Shown piece after piece: positions 1-7,970 of a stretch of 24,578 bases of DNA (positions are counted from its first letter, which is position 1; each line of letters opens with the position of its first letter). Below the pieces are notes generated by a model that searched no databases, was not told where the DNA came from, and saw only the letters and a program-made list of their open reading frames with translations. The position numbers and the translations under genes are program-made. Source of the stretch: an uncultured Myxococcales bacterium. GTDB taxonomy: Bacteria > Myxococcota > UBA4151. The stretch spans positions 1 to 24,578 of the forward strand of contig CAXGWI010000039.1 of assembly GCA_964013405.1 (NCBI GenBank), given 5' to 3'.

Positions 1-1
1 C

Positions 2-313
2 GTCTTCTTCGTCTTCTTCGTCTTCTTCGTCTTCTTCGTCTTCTTCGTCTTCTTCGTCTTCTTCTTCTTCCTCGTCTTCTTCGTCTTCTTCGTCTTCCTC
101 TTCCTCTTCCTCGTCTTCGTCGTCAGCGTCTTCTACGGTGACGTCTTCGTCTTCTTCCCCTTCTTCTTCATCCTCTTCTTCGTCTTCCTCTTCCTCGTCT
201 TCCTCTTCCTCGTCCTCTTCCTCTTCCTCTTCCTCGTCTTCTTCTTCTTCCTCGTCTTCTTCTTCTTCCTCGTCTTCTTCCTCGTCTTCTTCCTCGTCCT
301 CTTCATCTTCCTC
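2..313 (-). repeat. Low-complexity GAA/GAG/GAC codon tract encoding poly-Asp/Glu inside pilQ, including a perfect 9-bp tandem repeat (GTCTTCTTC on +) at about 2-64
   Basis: 104 consecutive codons, 99 of them D/E; the only interruptions fall in ...EEEGEEDEDVTVEDADD... at 125-160. Confidence 0.95.
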
Positions 314-1192
314 CGCAGCGACGCGGCGGGCCACCCGCGGCTTGAAGCGAAGATCCCAGAACAGCTGATTACCTTCGACCCAGTGGGCGTCTTCCACTCG
401 ATCCGGCACTTCCATCATAATCTGACATTGGTCACTGTGGCGCCGATCCTGAAAGGTGGAGAGAGAGAGCAGGGGAGCATTCGGAATCCCGGCGTCCATG
501 GCTCGAATAAGGCGTGTCGGGACCCGGCAGTTCAGCACTCGCAGAGAACGAAGGTTCCCTTCATTGGGGTCCCGTCGCAGGGATACATGGCCTGTAAATT
601 TCACTCGTACCCTCAGGAAACCAGGCTTTTCAATGATCTCACTGCGGGTCATTCGGACAGTTTTGACCTTGGCGGGCCCGCGCGACTTCGTCTGCAGGGT
701 TCGAGGTTTGCGGAGGGTGACTTCAAAGCCATTTCCCAGAGGGCGCGGGCTGCTTGCGGTCCATTGATGATTGGTCAGATCGACAACGACTCGGAGCGTG
801 CCGCCATTGTTGGAGATTCGAATCCGCTTTGCGGTGCGCGCATCGGTCAAGATGGGGCGGACCCCGCTGGGCCGGCGGACACCGGGGAGGTCGATGACCA
901 ATCGCTCCGGTTGGGTGAGGCGGAGAATGCCCACCTGAGCGAAGGCATCATTACCCCGCACGACGATTCGGGTGTGGTCCCCCTTTGGGACCACGGCAAT
1001 CCCACCGAGTAAACGGGCTCGGCCTTTGCCCCGGGACCACCGCCAGCGGTCGTAGTCTGGCTTGGTCTGCTGATCTTTTGATTTCGTCGGCACAAGGGGG
1101 ACCAGCGTCGGCACGGGTCCGGACTTTTGAGCCATCACGAAGGCCGGCAACAAGCCAATCCCGAACAGGGCAATTACGGCGGTTTTCTTCAT
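2..1192 (-). CDS. pilQ: Type IV pilus secretin PilQ, N-terminal part (signal peptide, two AMIN-like domains, long Asp/Glu tract); runs off the left edge
   Basis: Not in the ORF track because there is no stop in the window. Manual translation from ATG 1192 (7 nt after the pilP stop) is open to position 2: MKKTAVIALFGIGLLPAFVMA (signal peptide), then LRLTQPERLVIDLPG...RIRISNNGGTLRVVVDL (AMIN signature), a second AMIN-like unit ending HWVEGNQLFWDL, then RVAAEEDEEDEEE... It lies directly after pilMNOP. The secretin domain itself is outside the window. Confidence 0.85.
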   Translation of the reverse strand, partial: MKKTAVIALFGIGLLPAFVMAQKSGPVPTLVPLVPTKSKDQQTKPDYDRWRWSRGKGRARLLGGIAVVPKGDHTRIVVRGNDAFAQVGILRLTQPERLVIDLPGVRRPSGVRPILTDARTAKRIRISNNGGTLRVVVDLTNHQWTASSPRPLGNGFEVTLRKPRTLQTKSRGPAKVKTVRMTRSEIIEKPGFLRVRVKFTGHVSLRRDPNEGNLRSLRVLNCRVPTRLIRAMDAGIPNAPLLSLSTFQDRRHSDQCQIMMEVPDRVEDAHWVEGNQLFWDLRFKPRVARRVAAEEDEEDEEEDEEEDEEEEEDEEEEEDEEEEEEEDEEEEDEEEEDEEEDEEEGEEDEDVTVEDADDEDEEEEEEDEEDEEDEEEEEDEEDEEDEEDEEDEEDEED

Positions 1193-1199
1193 GGCTTTT

Positions 1200-1871
1200 T
1201 CAATCCTCCAGGTCCTCATCGTCGCTGGTTTCCTCATCCTCATCTCCTTCCATCAACTCCTCGATTTCTACGTCAGGGGTGCTGGCGGAGAGGGGTTCGT
1301 CATTTTTTGTGTCTTCCTTAAGGTCGTCGCCTTTTGCCTCGTCTTTAGGACGACCTGTGGCCGACCGGAGGGACAGGGTTCGGTCGACGATGCTGATACG
1401 CCCCAGCTGGTCTTGGAGGCGTTCTCGCACCAGAACTCGCCCCTCGCGGATATCGACCACTCGGCCACCGTGGGCACCGATCTCCGAGCCACGACGAACG
1501 AAGTAGCCGAGCCCGTCGCGGGTTTCGATGACGGCGACGGGTGATGCGACTCCGGTGACGAGGCCGACAAGGCGGAGTTCCGAGACATCGAGACAGAGGG
1601 GGCAGCCGGTTTTGTCGCGGTTGTCCGTGAGGGCGACAATGAAGGGTTCGAAGGGGTCTCGCAGCCCTTCATACTGATAGATGAAAGGGGGGACCGGATC
1701 GGCTGCATCATCAGCGATCGCCTCAAGGTCTGCAGCGGGCGACGCTCCCTGTGGACTTGCCGACGGATTGCCTGCCCCTGCGCCGGCCCCACCGCCAGCG
1801 GGTCCGGTATATTCCTCCTCGCAGCCCCCAAGCAGGAGCAAGATGCAAAAGAGTGGCAGGAGGCGACGCAT
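1200..1871 (-). CDS. pilP: Type IV pilus lipoprotein PilP
   Basis: Lipobox LGGC, YQYEGLRDPFEPF motif, LRLVGLV...AVIETRDGLGYFVRRGSEIG beta domain. ATG 1871 overlaps the pilO stop (TGATG). Acidic C-terminal tail. Confidence 0.92.
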   Translation of the reverse strand: MRRLLPLFCILLLLGGCEEEYTGPAGGGAGAGAGNPSASPQGASPAADLEAIADDAADPVPPFIYQYEGLRDPFEPFIVALTDNRDKTGCPLCLDVSELRLVGLVTGVASPVAVIETRDGLGYFVRRGSEIGAHGGRVVDIREGRVLVRERLQDQLGRISIVDRTLSLRSATGRPKDEAKGDDLKEDTKNDEPLSASTPDVEIEELMEGDEDEETSDDEDLED

Positions 1872-2503
1872 CAATGACCTCCGGCCGAGTTGGCTTTTTC
1901 AGCCCGAGAGACTTCGCTGTCGGTAAGCAGTCGATAGGCGACGATAGTCGCCTTGCCGCGGATCTTTGTTTTGATCTCATTGCCGCTGTTATCGTTCTCG
2001 GGGGGCACAGCCTCCATGCCGACGGCAAGGACCTTCACAATACGCTCTAGGTTGTTCAGGCGATCGAAAAACTGACCGACGCTATGATATTCGCCCACAT
2101 ACTCTGCTTTGTTGACGATAAACGCCATCTGCCCAACGCGGAGTTCGGCGTCGGGCTTGAGGCTGCGCAGGTCCAGCCTGGCTTTGGCAGCCTCCCGGTA
2201 GATTTGATCGATCAATTCACCGGGATCCGATTTGCGGGGGATCTTCGCTTCCACCGCATCCACAGCTGACTTCTTGAGCTTCAGCTCTTGCTCGAGCACG
2301 TGCTTATTCTTGATCACGGCCTGAAAGCCCCGCTGCTTATCCAACTCCTTGCGCTTGAAGAACTCATCGTCTTCCATCTGGGTGTGGAGCCCGCCGAGGA
2401 GGACGAAGTAGAACAAGGCAAAGATGGCGACGGGAACACCTCCGGCGATGCCCAGACGTTGAGGGGGCTTCAGCTTCGCCCATTTTTCCATCAACTCTTC
2501 CAT
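1871..2503 (-). CDS. pilO: Type IV pilus alignment protein PilO
   Basis: N-terminal TM helix, coiled coil, VGEYHSVGQFFDRLNNLERIV motif; located between pilN and pilP. Confidence 0.92.
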   Translation of the reverse strand: MEELMEKWAKLKPPQRLGIAGGVPVAIFALFYFVLLGGLHTQMEDDEFFKRKELDKQRGFQAVIKNKHVLEQELKLKKSAVDAVEAKIPRKSDPGELIDQIYREAAKARLDLRSLKPDAELRVGQMAFIVNKAEYVGEYHSVGQFFDRLNNLERIVKVLAVGMEAVPPENDNSGNEIKTKIRGKATIVAYRLLTDSEVSRAEKANSAGGH

Positions 2504-3195
2504 CAGCCGCCCTTCTCCTTGTCCTTGTCCTTGTCCTCGCCTTCACCTTCGTCATCTCGGTTGATGGCGAAGCGGGCGAAAAGATTGAACTTTTGCACCG
2601 GGATATCTGCGGCGGCGTAGATGACCTCCGTGACTTCACCGAATTCCATATGGTCGAAGGCGTTGGTGGCTGTGAGGGCCTGGGCGAAGTCAGTGAGATC
2701 CTTGGGGCTCATGGCGAAACCTTGGATCCCGATGGCAAAGTCTGGATCTTGGAGATGCACCAGCATTTGCATTTCAATGGATTCGCCCCCTTGAACCACG
2801 GGCTCGCGCAGGGTGAGTGGACTGATGATGGGATAGAAGCCCATCTTCGTAATCCAAACTCGGTTCGGGACGTTCTGGGCGATGGCGTGGAGCACCTTCG
2901 CTGGCTCGGCTTTCAGTGCGTCGACGACCTCGATGATCGCGGTCTTTTCTTTAAGAAGTGACTCCTCTTCCTCGAGGGCCTTAAGGGCGCCGGCTTCCTT
3001 TTCAAGACCAGCAGTCTGGGCCTTCACCGCGTCATATTCTTTACGGATCCGAGTGGCCTGCGTTGCTTCGGTACCGTACCAGGTGGAGAGGGCCAGTCCG
3101 ATGCCCACCCAGACGATCACCATGAGCAGCATCTGCTCTTTGAGGGCCCGCTGTCTGGCCTCCTCGCGTACGGGAAGTAGATTAACGCGGATCAT
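2503..3195 (-). CDS. pilN: Type IV pilus alignment protein PilN
   Basis: N-terminal MIRVNLLP (PilM-binding INLLP motif), TM helix, coiled coil, PNRVWITKM...IQGFA. Confidence 0.92.
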   Translation of the reverse strand: MIRVNLLPVREEARQRALKEQMLLMVIVWVGIGLALSTWYGTEATQATRIRKEYDAVKAQTAGLEKEAGALKALEEEESLLKEKTAIIEVVDALKAEPAKVLHAIAQNVPNRVWITKMGFYPIISPLTLREPVVQGGESIEMQMLVHLQDPDFAIGIQGFAMSPKDLTDFAQALTATNAFDHMEFGEVTEVIYAAADIPVQKFNLFARFAINRDDEGEGEDKDKDKEKGG

Positions 3196-4385
3196 GGGTT
3201 TGCGGGCTCCGCATTGGCCTCGGTGGTATCAAAGTCGGCATCCACTTCGGTGGCCTCGGTATCGGTGACTTCAGTGTCTTCCCCGTCAACGGGGCCGGCG
3301 GCAGCGAGTTGCTTGTTCTTCTTCTCCCGCTCCTTCGAGGTATTGAGTCGGTCGATCGCTGATCGGGTGGCCATACCCGCACAGATGGCTGCTTGGGGTG
3401 CCACCGCTTCGAGCAGGGGCACGTTGATTGCCTTGTTCGCAAGAACCATCTGGCGAAAGGGATTGGCCGGCTCGCAGGGAAAGCCCAGCTTTTCGCTCAG
3501 GACCGAGATGATGGCTTGGGCCCTGGCACCACCGCCACTGACGATGCCCACCTCCGGCCGATCTCCCCCTTGGTCGATATGGTAGTCGAGCATCTGCCGG
3601 ACCTCGTCGGCGAGTTCCCTAAATCCTTGTTCGAGCAGCTGTTGGACGTCCGCAGGCACCACGCCCATGCCCGCACCTCCTGACTTGAACGCTTCGGCTT
3701 GGGCGTATGGAATCGCTAGATTGCGCTGGAGGGTCTCGGTGATGCCATTGCTCCCCACTTCTCGGGAGCGGCTCTGCAGGACTTCGCCATTGCGAGTCAC
3801 CACAAAGGAGGTCTGATTGGCACCCACGTCGATGAGACAGACACAACTGTCGAGGAGGTCGGGCCGGGAGACCTCCAACACGTTGACCAGAGCAAAGGCA
3901 TGGATATCCACCACCACGGGATTGAGACCTGCGAGCCGGGCCGCGGCACAATAGTCGTCGACGACGTGTCGTTTTGCGGCGACGAGGATCACATCCATCT
4001 GATCGGCATCGGGCGCATGGGGACTGATATGGAAGTCGAGGTAGACCTCTTCGAGATCGAAGGGGATGTATTGCTTCGCTTCCCAGGAGAGACTCTCCTC
4101 AAGTTCCTCCTCGGTCATTCGGGGCAGACTGATCTGGCGCAGGATGACGGAGGCGCCGCCGAGGCCGAGGCAGGCGTCACGAACCCGAATGTTCTGGCTG
4201 GCGAGCAATTCTCGGATCGAACTGACCAAGGCCGCTGAGTTGAGGATTTCCCCATCGACGATGGTTTCAGGGGGAAGTGGGAGGAGTCCGAAGTTGACGA
4301 GTCGGAACTTCTTTCCCCGTTGCTTGAGCACGCACACTTTAATCTGCGAGGAGCCGATATCGAGTCCGACCGCTAGTTTTGGCAT
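3192..4385 (-). CDS. pilM: Type IV pilus assembly protein PilM (actin/FtsA-like)
   Basis: VGLDIGSSQIK, EAKQYIPF, LVAAK, LIDVGANQT, VSGGGA; C-terminal core CAGMATR followed by a ~55-aa extension. Confidence 0.96.
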   Translation of the reverse strand: MPKLAVGLDIGSSQIKVCVLKQRGKKFRLVNFGLLPLPPETIVDGEILNSAALVSSIRELLASQNIRVRDACLGLGGASVILRQISLPRMTEEELEESLSWEAKQYIPFDLEEVYLDFHISPHAPDADQMDVILVAAKRHVVDDYCAAARLAGLNPVVVDIHAFALVNVLEVSRPDLLDSCVCLIDVGANQTSFVVTRNGEVLQSRSREVGSNGITETLQRNLAIPYAQAEAFKSGGAGMGVVPADVQQLLEQGFRELADEVRQMLDYHIDQGGDRPEVGIVSGGGARAQAIISVLSEKLGFPCEPANPFRQMVLANKAINVPLLEAVAPQAAICAGMATRSAIDRLNTSKEREKKNKQLAAAGPVDGEDTEVTDTEATEVDADFDTTEANAEPANP

Positions 4386-4492
4386 GCCTTCATCCCCTTC
4401 GCCCCCGTGGCCTGCGCGCGAGAGTCATCCCACACGCAGATCAAGAGGATCCTTCGAAACGAAGAACGCCACAGGAAGGGAATTCGTTTAGA

Positions 4493-5809
4493 TTAGGGTA
4501 AAAAAGGACTCCAGCGGGGGGTGAAGGCCCGCCCCGCGACGCCACTGACGAGGGTAGCGTGCCGCCCGTCTTCTCGCATCACCCAGACACGCTGAGTCTT
4601 GCCCTTTCCTCGGGTGGAGGTGAAGGCGATGAGGCGCCCGTTCGGTGCCCAGGTGGGTTCCTCATTGTTGCCTTCCGCTTGGGTCAGTCGTTTGACCTCC
4701 CCACTGTCCGTTGCGACGGTGAAAATATCGAAAGCATTGCGCTCGTCCCGGCCGACGAATGCGATGAGGTCACCCCGGGGGCTCCAGGCCGGTGTTTGGT
4801 TGTAGTTCCCCTTCCAGGTGACGCGGCGAAGATCGCTGCCATCGACTTTGGACACATAAATTTGCGGCGTGCCGCCTCGCTCACTGACAAATGCCAACTG
4901 CTTGCCGTCGGGGCTCCAGGTGGGACTGGAGTCGATACCCCAGTGTTGTGTCACCCGTTTGACAATGTCCCCTTTGAGGTCGAGCAGGTAAATCTCTGCA
5001 TTCCCATCTTTGCTCAGGGTTAATGCGATGAGGTAGGGGTAGGTCTTGCCATCGATCGTGACGGCTACCGGGCTCACCTTGGCCCCGGTGTTGATCCCTT
5101 GACGCCGGCTTACTGCCGTCCACCGCCCGCCCCGAATCGGCATGCGGTAGAGGTGGGGTTTACGAGACGCATAGCTCGTAAAATAGACGCTTTGGCCGCC
5201 CGGTCCCCAGGCCGGTAGGATGTGCAAGCCTTTCGCCGGGGTAATGAGGCGGGCTCGGGCGCCGTCTGGGTCAGAGATCCAAACGGTCTTGTTGCGACCC
5301 GATTGGCGCACAAAGGCGAGTTGGCTACGAAAGGGCCCAGGTTCTCCTGTGAGTCCGAGGATCACGGCATCGGCGATTTGGCCGGCGAGATTTTCCAGCC
5401 CCCCACTTCTCGCTTGGAGCGAGCCATTCGCCAAGGGGCGACCGGAGGTGACATCCAAGACCAGATAGTCGAGCATGGTGCGGTTTTGCTGACGCCGAAG
5501 CCCCAGCTTGAGCAAGCCTTTAGCGCCGATGTTCCGCCAGGCTTCAAAGTCGATCTGTTTCGGATCCATGCCTTCGTCAGACCGGGCGAGGAAGGAGGCC
5601 GGATCCAGGGTCTTGATCATGCCTGTGAGCCCGAGAAGGGCGTCCACTCGCTTCAACACATCGCCACCCCGACTGCGCAGGGCGGGGTCTGAGCTGATGG
5701 GCTTTGCCAAGGCCACGGGATAGCTCTGCACTTTGGCGCCACTGACTTCGATGTCCGCGGCGAGCGCAGTTGGGCCGAAGAGCAAGGTAGCGAAGAGGGT
5801 CAATCTCAT
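4493..5809 (-). CDS. tolB: Tol-Pal beta-propeller protein TolB
   Basis: Signal peptide, TolB_N-like domain (IADAVILGLTGEPGPF), multiple PD40 repeats (PTWSPDGKQLAFVS, PAWSPRGDLIAF, PTWAPNGRLIAF); downstream of tolR/tolA. Confidence 0.93.
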   Translation of the reverse strand: MRLTLFATLLFGPTALAADIEVSGAKVQSYPVALAKPISSDPALRSRGGDVLKRVDALLGLTGMIKTLDPASFLARSDEGMDPKQIDFEAWRNIGAKGLLKLGLRRQQNRTMLDYLVLDVTSGRPLANGSLQARSGGLENLAGQIADAVILGLTGEPGPFRSQLAFVRQSGRNKTVWISDPDGARARLITPAKGLHILPAWGPGGQSVYFTSYASRKPHLYRMPIRGGRWTAVSRRQGINTGAKVSPVAVTIDGKTYPYLIALTLSKDGNAEIYLLDLKGDIVKRVTQHWGIDSSPTWSPDGKQLAFVSERGGTPQIYVSKVDGSDLRRVTWKGNYNQTPAWSPRGDLIAFVGRDERNAFDIFTVATDSGEVKRLTQAEGNNEEPTWAPNGRLIAFTSTRGKGKTQRVWVMREDGRHATLVSGVAGRAFTPRWSPFLP

Positions 5810-6567
5810 GGGCGCAACACCGCCGTGACACCTTTTGCCATGCGGGCAATCAATTCGTCTGGTGGTTTGGGAAACCGAATCACGCGGGCCACCGCGAGCA
5901 TATCCCGGTCGAAGATGGCGTGGCCCGATGGTGTGACCAACTTGACCTCAAGGGCTCGACCATCGGGACCGATCCGGAAGAAGAGCTCCACCTTGAGGCT
6001 GACCCGCTGGGCTGGGGTCAACGTATCGGGAACCGCGTAGGCCGGGTGTTGTTTGATCGCGCGCGCACAGTCGGCCAGGTAGCCTTGGGCCTGCTCTTGG
6101 ATCTGGCCGTCACTCAGGCTGCCCTGATCGCTGCCGTCCGGATTGCCCCGGGCCTCATCGGGGGCATCGCCGGTCTGCTCTTGCGTCGAGACCCGGGCCA
6201 AGGCTTCGCTTGCCAGGTCTTGAGCTTGATCCAGTTCCACCTCTTTGCGGGTTCGCTCCAAGGCTTTGGCCGCGAGGCTCAGGTCTGATTTCGTCACCAG
6301 CGGCTTTTTCTTGGCTGGGCGTCGTCGTTTGCGTTTTGTGGTTCGAACCCGTCGGGGGAGCGCCTTCGGTTTTTGCTTGGGGGCCCGAACCACCAACTCG
6401 GCGACGATGACCTTTTTTAGCGGTGCAGCGACGGTTTCGCCGCTGAAAAGAAAAGCTGTTCCGATCAGCAGCAGATGGACCGCGAGGCTGGCGAGGATGG
6501 CCACGGGTAAGCGGTGGAGTTGTTGCACCACCGCCGGTGCCTTTTCTTTGGGTAACTGCGGGCTCAT
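5806..6567 (-). CDS. tolA: TolA/TonB-family energy transducer
   Basis: TM anchor with SxxxH (SLAVH), Lys/Arg-rich linker, C-terminal TonB_C-like domain (FRIGPDG...SGHAIFDRD...FPKPP). ATGA overlap with tolR. TolA rather than TonB is inferred from the position before tolB. Confidence 0.8.
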   Translation of the reverse strand: MSPQLPKEKAPAVVQQLHRLPVAILASLAVHLLLIGTAFLFSGETVAAPLKKVIVAELVVRAPKQKPKALPRRVRTTKRKRRRPAKKKPLVTKSDLSLAAKALERTRKEVELDQAQDLASEALARVSTQEQTGDAPDEARGNPDGSDQGSLSDGQIQEQAQGYLADCARAIKQHPAYAVPDTLTPAQRVSLKVELFFRIGPDGRALEVKLVTPSGHAIFDRDMLAVARVIRFPKPPDELIARMAKGVTAVLRP

Positions 6568-6980
6568 TCGGCAGTCCCCAAGGGGTCGGTCACCATACCC
6601 AACTGCTTGATGCCCGCGCCTTGGAGGATGGCCATGACCTCCATGACTTCACCATAGCCGAGGGACTTGTCCGCATGGAGGTGAAGGGCGCCCTCCTGGC
6701 GGATTCGTTCATTCTTTTGCAGTTTCTCGGCCAGGACCTCCGCGGGAATCTCGATTTTACCCAGGAAGAACTTCTTGTCGGCAGTCATGGTCAGAACCAG
6801 TTGCTCTTTGGATTCGGCCAAAGGCGCAGAAGCGGTTTGTGGGAGGTTGACCTTGACCCCCTGCATAAGCATGGGTGCGGTGATCATGAAGATGATAAGT
6901 AGCACCAACATTACATCCACCATGGGCGTCACATTGATGTCGCTTACAGGGGCGTCGTCATCACTGAGATTGATGGCCAT
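6564..6980 (-). CDS. tolR: TolR/ExbD biopolymer transport protein
   Basis: DINVTPMVDVMLVLLIIFMITAP, VNLP, HADKSLGYGEVMEVM. Start at ATG 6980 (MAINLS) after an AAGGA RBS, rather than the track's 7001. Confidence 0.92.
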   Translation of the reverse strand: MAINLSDDDAPVSDINVTPMVDVMLVLLIIFMITAPMLMQGVKVNLPQTASAPLAESKEQLVLTMTADKKFFLGKIEIPAEVLAEKLQKNERIRQEGALHLHADKSLGYGEVMEVMAILQGAGIKQLGMVTDPLGTAE

Positions 6981-7049
6981 GGGGCAGTTCCTTCTCTGCA
7001 ATAACGACCCAGACCGACAAAACTTCGAATCGGCGGAGGCTTGAGGCGC

Positions 7050-7970
7050 ATGCGGGTAGCGGCGATCGACCTGGGGAGCAACAGTTGTGTGTTCCTCGTC
7101 CTGGAGGGGCCGGTCCAGCAGGTGCTAGCGACCGATCTGGCATTTTGTCGTCTGGGCGAAGGGCTCGACGAGACGGGCCGCTTACAGCCCCAAGGGATCG
7201 AGCGGAGTTTGGACGCCCTTAAGGGCTTCACCGAACGGGCAAGAGACCTGGGTTGTGATCGCATCGAATGCGTGGGGACGGCGGCGCTGCGCGAGGGGAG
7301 CAATCGGCAGGAACTCATCGACCGGGCCGCCGAGTTTGGTTTGCGTGTTCGGGCCATCACTGGCGAGGAAGAGGCTCTTCTCTCGGCCCGGGCCGCATTG
7401 GATCACTTGCCTCCGACGCAACAAGCCTTGGTTGTCGATGTGGGGGGGGCCTCCACGGAGTTTATTCTGGCTCAATCCGGCGGCGACATCGTTTGGCGGC
7501 GCTCCCTTCCCATCGGCAGTGTCCGGCTCGTCGAGCGGGCCGGCTTGTTCGCACCGGCCCAGGATGCAGCCTGGAGCGCGGTCGTCAGTGACATCGGCGA
7601 GGCCTTAGAGAGCCTGCCTCACTGTCCCTCGGTACCTGTCGTCGCGGTGGCGGGGACTGCGACGACCTTAGTGATGTGTCTCAAGGGGATGGCCACTTAC
7701 GAGTCGTCGCAAGTCGACCAGGTTGAGGTCTCGGTAGCGGCGATGGATGGCTTGCTCGAAGACCTTAAGGCACTGGATCTAGAGCAGCGCATTCTGGCCT
7801 ATCACCTACCCCGAGCTCGGGCCGATGTTTTTCCCGTGGGGATCACCTTGCTCAGCCAGGTCCTCAAGCGGCAGCAGACCGGCCACCTCACCGTGCGAGA
7901 CCGGGGGGTCAGTTGGGGGCTTGCTCAGACCCTCTTGGCCCAGGAAGAGCGTCTGCTGCCTAACCGATGA
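7050..7970 (+). CDS. ppx: Ppx/GppA family phosphatase, short form without HD domain
   Basis: AAIDLGSNS, RLGEG, GTAALRE, ITGEEEA, VDVGGASTE, RADV, RGVSWG. Exopolyphosphatase versus pppGpp phosphatase cannot be resolved from sequence. Confidence 0.9.
   Translation: MRVAAIDLGSNSCVFLVLEGPVQQVLATDLAFCRLGEGLDETGRLQPQGIERSLDALKGFTERARDLGCDRIECVGTAALREGSNRQELIDRAAEFGLRVRAITGEEEALLSARAALDHLPPTQQALVVDVGGASTEFILAQSGGDIVWRRSLPIGSVRLVERAGLFAPAQDAAWSAVVSDIGEALESLPHCPSVPVVAVAGTATTLVMCLKGMATYESSQVDQVEVSVAAMDGLLEDLKALDLEQRILAYHLPRARADVFPVGITLLSQVLKRQQTGHLTVRDRGVSWGLAQTLLAQEERLLPNR

Noticed and set aside
1..313. Repeat as a CRISPR array or non-coding satellite
   Set aside because: No repeat-spacer structure; strict 3-nt periodicity in frame with pilQ
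138..368. Poly-Ser ORF on the + strand
   Set aside because: Antisense shadow of the Asp/Glu codons of pilQ
383..1012. 209-aa + strand ORF and other ORFs in 383-1544
   Set aside because: Antisense to pilQ/pilP, which carry recognisable domains; no motifs of their own
1593..1604. CPLC motif in PilP as a metal or redox site
   Set aside because: A single Cys pair in a periplasmic lipoprotein is most simply a structural disulfide
5030..5078. Short insertion in one TolB propeller blade (SPVAVTIDGKTYPYL)
   Set aside because: A ~10-aa loop variation with no supportable functional inference
6944..7360. Minus-strand ORF upstream of tolR as a tolQ remnant
   Set aside because: No TM helices or TolQ/ExbB motifs; antisense to ppx
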